This document shows, piece after piece, positions 1 to 8,208 of a stretch of 64,000 bases of DNA (its first letter is position 1; every line of letters starts with the position of its first letter). The notes under the pieces were generated by a model. That model was given only the letters and a program-made list of their open reading frames with translations, was not told where the DNA came from and ran no database searches. The DNA comes from an uncultured Planctomycetota bacterium (GTDB taxonomy: Bacteria; Planctomycetota; Planctomycetia; Pirellulales; Lacipirellulaceae), in the NCBI GenBank assembly GCA_963719315.1, contig CAVRBU010000003.1:128001-192000 (forward strand), written 5' to 3'. The position numbers and the translations under genes were made by a program.

Positions 1-146
1 TACTGCGCATCAATTGACCCGTAGGCATCGTTTTTCTCCTCCATAGACGCGGGCATCCCGGCCCTCGTCACGTATTCGCCGGCCACCTAACAATATTGGT
101 TGCCGCCCCGCCTGAAAAGTCCTTTGCCCACCCTCAGAAGAGAAGT

Positions 147-178
147 TGTGTGCCACCGCTGGCTTTGCCCAGCAGTGC
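147..178. repeat. REP-like short palindromic repeat (single arm)
   Basis: TGTGTGCCACCGCTGGCTTTGCCCAGCAGTGC, imperfect hairpin CAC(C)GCTGG/CCAGCAGTG, intergenic. Confidence 0.5.
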
Positions 179-279
179 ATCCGCGAAGCCAAACCCTTGC
201 TCGCCGCCCCTAGCACACCCTCCTTCGCGACTAGATACTATGGATTCTCCCATTCCAAATTACGACCGGAGATCGATCC

Positions 280-714
280 ATGTTACAACGCCGCACTGTG
301 CTCATCGTCTGCTCGCTAATCGCCACGGCCACCGTCCTCCTCATGAACCAAATCGCACACTCCGACCCTACACCCGCCAAGCAGCGCGTCTTCGAAATCC
401 GCACGTACACCACTGCGCCCGGCAAGCTGCTTGACTTGCTCAATCGCTTCCGCGACCACACCACGAAGCTCTTCGAGAAGCACGGCATGACCAACATCGG
501 CTACTGGGTGCCCACGGACGAGCCGCGCTCGAAAAATACGCTGATATACATCCTCGCCCACAATAGTCGAGGCGCCGCCAAACAAAGCTGGAAGGACTTT
601 CAAGCCGACCCCGACTGGATCAAAGCCCGCGACGCTTCGGAAGCGAACGGCAAGATCGTCACCAAAGTCGAGTCCATCTACGCCGACCCCACCGACTTCT
701 CGGCCATCAAGTAA
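280..714 (+). CDS. NIPSNAP family protein with N-terminal signal peptide
   Basis: FEIRTYT..PGKL..L..RF..HT..LF.KHGM..IGYW and SW..F.ADPDW patterns; hydrophobic N-terminus. Confidence 0.9.
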   Translation: MLQRRTVLIVCSLIATATVLLMNQIAHSDPTPAKQRVFEIRTYTTAPGKLLDLLNRFRDHTTKLFEKHGMTNIGYWVPTDEPRSKNTLIYILAHNSRGAAKQSWKDFQADPDWIKARDASEANGKIVTKVESIYADPTDFSAIK

Positions 715-725
715 CGGCCGTCTGG

Positions 726-750
726 TCCCCTCTCCCATTGGGAGAGGGCT
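726..750. repeat. CCCCTCTCCC-N4-GGGAGAGGG palindromic repeat; related copy at ~2120-2160
   Basis: CCCTCTCCC ATT GGGAGAGGG hairpin just after the stop codon; degenerate copy TCCCCACTCCCTGCGGAAGAGGGTTAGGCTGAGGG at 2120. Confidence 0.6.
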
Positions 751-820
751 ACGAATCAAACTGTACCACTACCCTATCGTCGGTGGTGTCTTGATTTTGC
801 ACCGTTCGGACCGGAACTAT

Positions 821-871
821 GTAGCACGGACTTCAGTCCGTACGAGAATCACGGACTGAAGTCCGTGCCAC
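821..871. repeat. GTAG-type REP doublet (REPIN-like)
   Basis: GTAGCACGGACTTCAGTCCGT, 9-nt spacer, ACGGACTGAAGTCCGTGCCAC; 21-bp inverted repeat with 1 mismatch, each arm itself a hairpin. Confidence 0.85.
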
Positions 872-918
872 AGGCTTGTTGTGCAGCAAATTAGGACACT
901 ACCCGATCCTCACGACGC

Positions 919-953
919 TTGACGCCCGACGGGTAAGATGCTATCTTACTAAT
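919..953 (+). promoter_or_regulatory. sigma70-type promoter with overlapping operator for vapBC-1, probably leaderless
   Basis: TTGACG-17nt-TATCTT (extended TG), ATG 6 nt downstream; palindrome GTAAGAT-GCT-ATCTTAC at 933-949. Confidence 0.7.
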
Positions 954-1199
954 ATGAAAACCACCGTCTCCTCGAAGGGCCAGGTCGTACTCCCTGCCGA
1001 ACTGCGCGAGCAAGACCGCATCCGTACCGGCCAACAATTCTCGATCGAGCGCATCGAAGCCGGGGAGTACCTCCTCAAGAAGATGACCATTCCGGAGAAT
1101 GCGGGTCTGACCGATTGGCTACTCGCCTGCCCGGAAAAGGATTGGTTTCAACCTGTGCGTTCCGAGTCGACGGATACGCTCTCCGCGAGCACACTGTGA
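954..1199 (+). CDS. AbrB/MazE/SpoVT-family antitoxin (VapB-like)
   Basis: MKTTVSSKGQVVLPAELR.. swapped-hairpin motif; stop overlaps toxin start (GTGA). Confidence 0.9.
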   Translation: MKTTVSSKGQVVLPAELREQDRIRTGQQFSIERIEAGEYLLKKMTIPENAGLTDWLLACPEKDWFQPVRSESTDTLSASTL

Positions 1200-1609
1200 A
1201 ATACTTGGTAGATGCCAACGTCCTAAGCGAGGCCACCAAGCCAAAGCCCGTGGCGCAAGTCGTCGACTGGCTTCGCCAGCACGATCCGGATCTAGCCGTC
1301 AATCCAATCATTCTGGGTGAACTTGAATGCGGCATCCTACTGCTACCGTCCGGTCGTCGCCGCAAAAGATTACTCGACTGGTTTACCGCCGGTATCCAGC
1401 GTTTGAACGTCATCGAGATCGACGCCGCAACGGCATCGGTTTGGGCCACGCTGCTTGCCGAGCTAAAACGCAAAGGCCGCGCGATGCCGATCAAAGACAG
1501 CCTGATCGCCGCTACCGCCAAACAGCACGGCCTTACAGTCGCGACAAGAAACACGACCGACTTCCCGTACGCCGGTGTCCGCCTTGTGAATCCTTTTAAA
1601 AAGCCGTAG
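1196..1609 (+). CDS. vapC: PIN-domain toxin VapC
   Basis: YLVDANVLSE, ILGEL, DSLIAATA..HGLTVATRN..DF motifs; GTG start coupled to the antitoxin stop. Confidence 0.92.
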   Translation: MKYLVDANVLSEATKPKPVAQVVDWLRQHDPDLAVNPIILGELECGILLLPSGRRRKRLLDWFTAGIQRLNVIEIDAATASVWATLLAELKRKGRAMPIKDSLIAATAKQHGLTVATRNTTDFPYAGVRLVNPFKKP

Positions 1610-1655
1610 GGTGTGGCAAGTACGGTAGGGTGTGTCGAACTCTGCGAGACACACC
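1606..1655. repeat. GTAG-type REP (partial plus complete arm)
   Basis: GTAGGGTGTG at 1606 and 1625; hairpin GGTGTGTC-N11-GACACACC. Confidence 0.65.
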
Positions 1656-1717
1656 TTCACGGTTGACCGTGTGCCTTGCAGCCTCGGCATACTCCACAAC
1701 TTCGCTCGAAAACCACC

Positions 1718-2101
1718 ATGCTCTGGACCCGACGCCTCTTCTGGATCGCCGGTATCTACGGCCTACTCGTTTTGCTGCCGCAATACTTCATGGAGCGGCG
1801 CATCGGAATCGACCACCCGCCCGACATCACGCACCCCGAGTACTTCTACGGCTTCGTCGGCGTGGCGCTCGCCTGGCAAGTTGCGTTTCTCATCATCGCC
1901 ACCGACCCCTCGCGTTATCGCCCCCTGATCATTCCTGCGGTGATCGAAAAATTCACCTTCGCCGGCGCCGCCGCAATCCTGCTGATCCAAGGCCGCGTCC
2001 CCAAACTGGTCGGCGCCTTCGCCGCGATCGATTTTGTGCTCGGTGTGTTATTCGTCATCGCGTTCATGCGATTGGGCCAACTGACGCGTGACATCGAATA
2101 A
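1718..2101 (+). CDS. small integral membrane protein (about 4 TM), unknown function
   Basis: MLWTRRLFWIAGIYGLLVLLP..PEYFYGFVGVALAWQVAFLIIATDP.RYRPL; hydrophobic segments, host-like codon use. Confidence 0.8.
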   Translation: MLWTRRLFWIAGIYGLLVLLPQYFMERRIGIDHPPDITHPEYFYGFVGVALAWQVAFLIIATDPSRYRPLIIPAVIEKFTFAGAAAILLIQGRVPKLVGAFAAIDFVLGVLFVIAFMRLGQLTRDIE

Positions 2102-2190
2102 CGCGCCTCCCGCCTCCAATCCCCACTCCCTGCGGAAGAGGGTTAGGCTGAGGGCGAGGGTGCCAAGGCCCAACGGGGCGTCAGAAACAA

Positions 2191-2640
2191 TCAATCCCAA
2201 ATGTACCGTTCACCCCACTCCAGATCGTGCCGCCGCAAAAACTCTCGAAACTCTTCCTGAAACGAAACCTTGCAATGATGCGCTTCCTGATTCGCAAGGT
2301 ACAATTTCACCTGTTCTAGATTCGAATAGCTCACGGCAAACGCCCCATATCCGTCCTGCCATTGAAACGCGCGGTCACCAATCTCGTCATGTATCCACGC
2401 CGATGAGTTCGATTTAACGATGCGCACAGCCTCGGCCACCGCGATTGTGCGGCCCAAGGACACCAACAGATGAACGTGGTCCGGCATCCCACCGGCCGCG
2501 ACCAACCGGCTGGAATGGTTCCGCAGAATCCCGCCAACATATTCGTACAAGCGCGGTTTACATTCGCGCGAAATCTGCGGCTTCCGGTGCTTCGTGCTAA
2601 ACACAATGTGACAATGCAATGAGCCAAACGATTGCGGCAT
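2191..2640 (-). CDS. tnpA: IS200/IS605-family Y1 (HUH) transposase, RAYT-like, copy 1
   Basis: HIVFSTKHR, MPDHVHLL (HUH), KSNSS, FQWQDGYGAFAVS, catalytic YLANQ; no tnpB nearby. Confidence 0.92.
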   Translation of the reverse strand: MPQSFGSLHCHIVFSTKHRKPQISRECKPRLYEYVGGILRNHSSRLVAAGGMPDHVHLLVSLGRTIAVAEAVRIVKSNSSAWIHDEIGDRAFQWQDGYGAFAVSYSNLEQVKLYLANQEAHHCKVSFQEEFREFLRRHDLEWGERYIWD

Positions 2641-2664
2641 GGTGAATCTCCACGACACGCGCGA

Positions 2665-2900
2665 CTGTCGCCCCGTTGGGGCTTTGCAAACCACCCTACC
2701 AAAAATACCAGGGGCTCACGCCCCTGGCTATTAACATTGGCCCCTTTGGGGCCGGATACATGGCACTGGGGCTAGATACTGCATACAAATGTCCGTCGTT
2801 CGCGCCGTCCTTCGCCCCAAAGGGGCGACCGTCAATAGCCAGGGGCGTGAGCCCCTGGTACCGGTTTCGACATCACCCAAAAGCCCCACCGGGGCGACAG
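2665..2900. repeat. composite inverted repeat of three nested hairpins (A-B-C...C'-B'-A') upstream of Y1 copy 1; extra A' arm at 2165-2184
   Basis: CTGTCGCCCCGTTGGGGCTTT / CCAGGGGCTCACGCCCCTGGCTATT / GCCCCTTTGGGGC mirrored by GCCCCAAAGGGGCG / AATAGCCAGGGGCGTGAGCCCCTGG / AAAGCCCCACCGGGGCGACAG. Confidence 0.9.
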
Positions 2901-3059
2901 TAGTCCGCCAATACCAAATCGCCATTGCAAATCCCACCACCACCACCACATCAAAACAACGCGCACTCATCCTCATCCCATTCACGCCGCAACCAGGGGA
3001 GCGGATCATGGCGAAGCGGTTTTACCTCGCATCATTACGCCGTCGGAGTTGCACCGCAC

Positions 3060-3094
3060 TTGACAAGCCATATATATGGGTTTATGGTTGTGGT
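3060..3094 (+). promoter_or_regulatory. sigma70-type promoter with operator for vapBC-2, probably leaderless
   Basis: TTGACA-17nt-TATGGT, ATG 6 nt downstream; perfect palindrome CCATATATATGG at 3068-3079 in the spacer. Confidence 0.72.
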
Positions 3095-3358
3095 ATGAAA
3101 ACCACGGTCGAAATCCCTGATCTGCTCTACCGCGAAATCAAGGCCCGAGCCGCGCTCAAGGGGCAGTCCATCAAGGACTTTCTGGTCGAAGCCGTTCGCG
3201 CGAAGTTAACGCACGACAAAGCCAAGCCGAATTCCAAGCGGAAGCAAAAAACCGGCTGGGAGGCTGCGTTCGGTGCCGCCGACCCGAAGGACGTGGCAGA
3301 TGTCCAGCGGATCATCGACGAGGAATTCTCGAAAATCGATCCGGATGACTGGAAGTGA
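3095..3358 (+). CDS. ribbon-helix-helix antitoxin (VapB-like)
   Basis: MKTTVEIPDLLYREIKARAA..G.SIKDFLVEAV RHH pattern; GTGA overlap with the PIN gene. Confidence 0.88.
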   Translation: MKTTVEIPDLLYREIKARAALKGQSIKDFLVEAVRAKLTHDKAKPNSKRKQKTGWEAAFGAADPKDVADVQRIIDEEFSKIDPDDWK

Positions 3359-3732
3359 TTCTAGATACCAACGCGGTGTCGGCCATTCTGGCCGGCGATA
3401 AGCGAATCCAAGCTCACTTGCCTGCGGGGGAACGGCAACACCTGCCGGTCGTTGTCATTGGCGAGTATCAATTTGGCATGCTCGGTTCAAAACGCCGCAA
3501 GAAGTTAGAACTGGGCTTCGAACGCCTGGAATCGCAATCCATCGTTCTGCCTTCCGATCGAGAAACCGCCGACATGTATTCCGCGATTCGTCATGGCCTC
3601 AAACTGCGCGGGCGGCCAATTCCAGAGGTAGACCTTTGGATCGCCGCTCTCGCCCGGCAGCACTCGCTGGAAATCGTCAGCCGAGATCCCCACTTCGACC
3701 ATGTCGAAGGCGTCCGACGGATCAGTTGGTAG
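3355..3732 (+). CDS. vapC: PIN-domain toxin VapC
   Basis: ILDTNAVS, VIGEY, GRPIPEVDLWIAALA..H.L.IVSRD.HF motifs. Confidence 0.92.
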   Translation: MILDTNAVSAILAGDKRIQAHLPAGERQHLPVVVIGEYQFGMLGSKRRKKLELGFERLESQSIVLPSDRETADMYSAIRHGLKLRGRPIPEVDLWIAALARQHSLEIVSRDPHFDHVEGVRRISW

Positions 3733-3796
3733 CCGCGCTCAATCGAAGCAACGGCTCTCCCCAATAGCGGTCACGCGCCTTCGCAGGCGCGGCGAA
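3729..3796. repeat. REP-like palindrome after vapC-2
   Basis: GTAGCCGCGC overlaps the stop codon; hairpin CGCGCCT-TCGC-AGGCGCG at ~3774-3791. Confidence 0.5.
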
Positions 3797-3942
3797 GCCA
3801 AAATGAGTGTCAAGCCGCCAGTTTTGGGCCACGCGCCTCGAAAACTTTTCTGTTGAATTTGTGCCACCGTTTCGGCTATACCTGAGCGGTACTATACGGA
3901 CGAACAGGCAGCCACAAGACGTTCCAAGAAGTCACAGGAATT

Positions 3943-3963
3943 CCCCACTCCCCACTCCCCACT
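3943..3963. repeat. heptamer tandem repeat (CCCCACT)x3
   Basis: read directly, just upstream of the ATG at 3970. Confidence 0.85.
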
Positions 3964-3969
3964 CCCTCC

Positions 3970-4557
3970 ATGCTCCCCGTACCTAGCCCCAACCGCCGTC
4001 TCGGTCGTCCCCGTGTTCTCGACGAACCTAAACGCCGCCAAGTCTGCACGCTCGTTTCCGTTGGCTTCGGTCTCGACGGCGCAGCCCGCTACGTCGGCTG
4101 TGCGCCGAGCACGATCCGCCGCGAAGCGCGGCGAAACGCGGAATTCCGCGAGCAGCTTCGTTGCGCCGACCTGGCCTGCGAACTGGGGCCGCTCAATGCC
4201 GTTCGCCAGGCCGCTCACACGAATTGGCGGGCCGGAATCTGGTACCTCGAACGCATGAACCCCCAGAAGTTCGGCAAGCGAAACGTGCGTTACATCACGC
4301 CCGAACAGTTGGAGGCATTTATGGAACAAATGGTCACGGCCGTCATGGGCGACAACCAGGACGAGGCCGCCTGCCGCCGCGCGATCCGGAAGCTGGAAAC
4401 CTTCATCGCCCAGATCAACCGCCAATCCGACGCCGGCCGCGATTCCATCCCCCGCCCGCGCCGCACGCGCAAACGAAAACTAACGCCGGTCGACATTTCC
4501 AAGCCAATCGCTTCTGTGGGAGGCGACTCCGATGCCGATGAACGACATGCACGATAA
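3970..4557 (+). CDS. helix-turn-helix protein resembling phage terminase small subunits
   Basis: GRPRVLD..KR, AARYVGCAPSTIRR (HTH), NWRAGIWYLER.NP..FG motif. Confidence 0.65.
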   Translation: MLPVPSPNRRLGRPRVLDEPKRRQVCTLVSVGFGLDGAARYVGCAPSTIRREARRNAEFREQLRCADLACELGPLNAVRQAAHTNWRAGIWYLERMNPQKFGKRNVRYITPEQLEAFMEQMVTAVMGDNQDEAACRRAIRKLETFIAQINRQSDAGRDSIPRPRRTRKRKLTPVDISKPIASVGGDSDADERHAR

Positions 4558-4565
4558 GCGGGTGG

Positions 4566-4770
4566 ATGAACGACCCCTTCAGGGTCGCGTTGGTGACGAA
4601 TCGGGAACCGGGAACCCAGGGTTTCACCCTGGGCTGACGGAATCGGCCTTTCAGGCCGGAGGGGCCGAGCGTTCGTAGAGCCTGAAAGGCTCATTCGGAC
4701 AGCCCAGGCCGAAGGCCTGGGGAGGGAGAGATGTCGCGAGAAATCCGTCGGCCCTGAAGGGGCCGTTCAT
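4566..4770. repeat. composite inverted repeat of three nested hairpins downstream of Y1 copy 2
   Basis: ATGAACGACCCCTTCAGGGTCG / CCCAGGGTTTCACCCTGGGCTG / GGCCTTTCAGGCC mirrored by GAGCCTGAAAGGCTC / CAGCCCAGGCCGAAGGCCTGGG / CGGCCCTGAAGGGGCCGTTCAT. Confidence 0.88.
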
Positions 4771-4776
4771 TTCGAT

Positions 4777-5229
4777 TCAATCCCAAACGTATCGCTCGTC
4801 CCATTCGATTTCGTACCTTCGCAGCCAATCGCGCAATTCGTCCTGGAACGATTGCAGTGCGTGATGATGGGGCTGGCGGCGAATGTATTCGCGGACCGCT
4901 TCGACGTTCGATTGACTCACCGAAAACGCAGCATACCCAGCCTGCCAATGAAATTCCGCGGGCAATCGCCGAGTCTGGTTCACCCACAACGACGAAGTCG
5001 ATTTGATTTTCCCGACCGCGTCGGCGATCGAGATGGTCCGCCCCAACTGAAAGAGCATATGGACGTGATCCGCCACGCCGCCAACGATCAACGATTGGCA
5101 CCCGAGATTGTTCGCGGTGCCGCCCAGGACATGAAACAAGTCGTCGCGCCATTCGCTGGGCAGCACGGACTCGCGGTTCTTCGTCGAAAAGATGACGTGC
5201 AGATAGACCTTCGCCAGTGATTGGGGCAT
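4777..5229 (-). CDS. tnpA: IS200/IS605-family Y1 (HUH) transposase, RAYT-like, copy 2
   Basis: HVIFSTKNR, VADHVHML (HUH), KSTSS, FHWQAGYAAFSVS, YIRRQ; paralog of 2191-2640 (both start MPQS and end ERY.WD). Confidence 0.92.
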   Translation of the reverse strand: MPQSLAKVYLHVIFSTKNRESVLPSEWRDDLFHVLGGTANNLGCQSLIVGGVADHVHMLFQLGRTISIADAVGKIKSTSSLWVNQTRRLPAEFHWQAGYAAFSVSQSNVEAVREYIRRQPHHHALQSFQDELRDWLRRYEIEWDERYVWD

Positions 5230-5269
5230 GGTGATTTACTACACGAAGATAAGCAAACAACGCGCGAAA

Positions 5270-5732
5270 TTATTTTCTCGCCAAGAAAACAATCAACCCG
5301 AGCCCCACACCAACCAGCGTCGTGGCGATGAGCAGCGTGCGGAGGCTGAAGCGCCACCGGAACCAAGGCGCGGCGGCAAGTGAAGCAAAGACAAACACCG
5401 CGAACCACGTTGGACATTGAATTCGGAATTCGCCCGGACTGGTTTCCCATCCAAATCCAAATTGCTGTGCGACGGGTCTGGACGGAGCAGACAGATACCC
5501 CCAACCATTCTTGAGTTCAGGAGGAATTGGCTTCGTGACCGATTCAATGACCCTCCCAAGAACGAGCCCCGTGATTAGAACTGGCTCCAACAACAGTCGC
5601 TTTGGATGCCGATCGATTGCTTACACCTATCATGTCTGCAACCGAATAACTCCGCACCCACAACACACACAGCAGCACGGCCAACACGCCCCACACCACC
5701 GACCACGCGATTCGCAGTTTGCGGAATCTCAT
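5270..5732 (-). CDS. planctomycete-type membrane protein (RIAWSV..WVRSY / WRFSLRTLLIATT family), one frameshift near 5590
   Basis: N-part in ORF 5544-5786 (MRFRKLRIAWSVVWGVLAVLLCVLWVRSY), C-part in ORF 5270-5593 (PWFRWRFSLRTLLIATTLVGVGLGLIV). Confidence 0.7.
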
Positions 5733-6024
5733 ACGCCCAATGATACCACGCCACACGCCCGACAAACCGTGCCGAAACCATGCCAAGAACGTGCCAGTTA
5801 AGAAGCAAACTACCCGACTTTTGCACGTCCCGAACCGTTCGACACACCATGATTCACGGCATTTACTTCACCAGGCACCGAGCGAAACAATCGACTTTTG
5901 CACGCGAAAAAAAATTTCACGCGCAAACAGCAACCATTCGCTCCACGCAACCCGAATCGCAGCACCAACTTCCGCAATGCCCCGTTTTCATTCTGCAAAA
6001 CCCCCTCGCGCAAAACTCAAGCAA

Positions 6025-6114
6025 TTTACCACGGATAACTCGGATACCACGGATAAGCGATGAGCGACTCCGCCTTGTGTTTTTACTATCCGCGATCCGT
6101 GTGATCCGTGAAAT
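6025..6114. repeat. inverted pair of 9-nt-period tandem repeats (CACGGAT / ATCCGTG), right arm truncated
   Basis: TTTACCACGGATAACTCGGATACCACGGATA ... TATCCGCGATCCGTGTGATCCGTGAAAT. Confidence 0.8.
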
Positions 6115-6632
6115 TTCGAAAAAAGGTGGGAAAACACGGACGAACGTGCGCCGTCTCCTATCGCCGCTACCCCAAGCTGGGCGTGGTCTGCGACACGACG
6201 AGTCATTTCTGCCTGGCGGCCCGGGCTAGCCAGGGACCGCGGCCCGACTTCGGCGATTTCCGCCCGCTCGTCGTCGAAGCGCAGGCTCGCACCGGAGTGA
6301 AGGCGGTCGCGGCGGACGCCGGCTTCGACAGCGAAGCCAACCACGTGTTGGCCCGCGACGAACTGGGGATTCAGTCCCTGATCCCCGCCGAGCACGGCCG
6401 ACCGCCGGCCGGGGAACCCGTGGGCCGCTATCGAAAGCAGATGAAACGTCATTTGCACGAAAGTCGTTATGGACAACGTTGGCAGGTGGAAACCGTCTAC
6501 TCGATGATCAAACGTCTCTCGGGAGAAGTCGTCAACGCCCGCACCCACTGGCGCCGCTGCCGACTCCTGCTCCTCAAAACACTCACTCACAACATCTCGA
6601 TTCTCAGACAACACCTAGGTTTTCTACTGAGC
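6115..6632 (+). mobile_element. 5'-truncated IS5-family-like DDE insertion sequence (C-terminal transposase plus right end)
   Basis: YPKLGVVCD..SH, AVAADAGFDSE.NH, YGQRWQVETVYSMIKR (D and E motifs), THNI; ORF runs through the probable end GGTTTTCTACTGAGC; N-terminal region with the first Asp is absent. Confidence 0.8.
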
Positions 6633-6726
6633 ACGTGGTTGTCCTTTTCCCGCCGAAAAGTTGCTCGTTTTTCAATTTGCCGGTCCCATGCTTGAACGAC
6701 TGCCATACGCTCTGCAACAATACAGC

Positions 6727-8208
6727 ATGAACGACGACCCCTCCAAACTCATCGCCACTGCTCTCACGTTCGACGACGTCCTCATCGCCCCGCGCTATAG
6801 CTCGGTGGTCCCCTCGGAGGTCGACGTCCAAACCCGCCTCACGGCGCGGATCGAGATGAACGTCCCGATCCTCAGCTCGCCGATGGACACCGTCACGGAA
6901 GCCGCGATGGCCATCGCCCTGGCCCAAGAAGGCGGCCTCGGTGTCATTCACAAGAACATGTCGATCGAGCGCCAGACCGCCGAGGTCGAAAAGGTGAAGC
7001 GCTCGGCCAACGGCATCATCGTCGACCCGGTCACGCTCCCGCCGGACGCTAGCGTCGCCAGCGCCCACGAAATGATGCAGCGCTCCAAAGTCAGCGGCAT
7101 CCCGATCGTGAAAGAGGGCCAGCTCGTCGGCATCATCACCCGCCGCGACCTGCGTTTCCTGGAGCATAACGACGTTCCCATCAGCGAAGTCATGACCAAG
7201 GAACACCTCGTGACAGCACGCGGGACCGTGACGCTTGAGCAGGCTGAGAAGATTTTGATGGCAAAAAAGGTCGAGAAGCTGTTGCTGCTGGACGAAAATA
7301 ACAGACTGACCGGACTGATTACGATCAAAGACATCGACATGATGCGCCGCTTCCCGCAAGCAGCCAAAGACCGTCAAGGTCGGCTGCGGGTCGGAGCGGC
7401 CGTCGGAGTCTTCGATTACGATCGGATCGGCAGCCTGATCGACAAAGGTGTCGATTTCCTCGTCGTTGATAGCGCCCACGGCCACTCGGCCAACGTGATC
7501 GAAACGGTCCGCGAAGTGAAGCGGCGGTGGGATATCGATGTCGTGGCCGGCAACGTGGCGACGCGCGACGGAGCGCGCGACCTCGCCGAGGCCGGGGCCG
7601 ACGCTGTGAAAGTGGGCATCGGGCCGGGATCGATCTGCACGACGCGGGTCATCTCCGGCGTTGGTGTGCCGCAAGTGACCGCGATTTACGAGGCCGCTCA
7701 GGCGGTTGAGGGATCGCCCACGAAACTCATCGCCGACGGAGGCATTCGCTACTCGGGAGACATCACCAAAGCACTCGCCGCCGGGGCTCACGCCGTGATG
7801 ATCGGCGGACTCTTGGCGGGCCTCGACGAAAGCCCCGGCGAACGCGTGCTGTTTCAGGGAAGAACGTACAAGGCCTATCGCGGCATGGGCTCGCTCGGCG
7901 CGATGGTCCACGGCTCGAGCGAACGCTACCGACAACGAGGGGCCGAAACGAACAAAGGAAAACTGGTGCCGGAGGGCGTCGAAGGACGCGTTCCGTACAA
8001 AGGCGGGCTCAGCCCGTTTTTGTACCAGCTCGTCGGCGGCCTGCGGGCCGGCATGGGCTACTGCGGCGCCAAAACGATCGATGAACTACGCACGGAAGCC
8101 CGATTCATCCAAATCACCGCGGCCAGTGTGCGGGAGAACCATCCCCATGATATCGCCATCACGCAAGAAGCGCCCAACTACACCGCTGAATTCTCAGACG
8201 ATGATTAG
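6727..8208 (+). CDS. guaB: IMP dehydrogenase
   Basis: [20 protein letters not shown] pair, [33 protein letters not shown]. Confidence 0.99.
   Translation: MNDDPSKLIATALTFDDVLIAPRYSSVVPSEVDVQTRLTARIEMNVPILSSPMDTVTEAAMAIALAQEGGLGVIHKNMSIERQTAEVEKVKRSANGIIVDPVTLPPDASVASAHEMMQRSKVSGIPIVKEGQLVGIITRRDLRFLEHNDVPISEVMTKEHLVTARGTVTLEQAEKILMAKKVEKLLLLDENNRLTGLITIKDIDMMRRFPQAAKDRQGRLRVGAAVGVFDYDRIGSLIDKGVDFLVVDSAHGHSANVIETVREVKRRWDIDVVAGNVATRDGARDLAEAGADAVKVGIGPGSICTTRVISGVGVPQVTAIYEAAQAVEGSPTKLIADGGIRYSGDITKALAAGAHAVMIGGLLAGLDESPGERVLFQGRTYKAYRGMGSLGAMVHGSSERYRQRGAETNKGKLVPEGVEGRVPYKGGLSPFLYQLVGGLRAGMGYCGAKTIDELRTEARFIQITAASVRENHPHDIAITQEAPNYTAEFSDDD

Noticed and set aside
1..28. Possible 5' end of a minus-strand gene (GGAGGAG RBS, MPTGQLMRS..)
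   Set aside because: Only nine codons visible; cannot be assigned.
3970..4557. Prophage
   Set aside because: No large terminase, portal, capsid or integrase anywhere in the window.
2665..4770. Clustered hairpins as a CRISPR array or integron attC sites
   Set aside because: Units are inverted rather than direct repeats with unique regular spacers; no cas or intI gene and no RYYYAAC/GTTRRRY cores.
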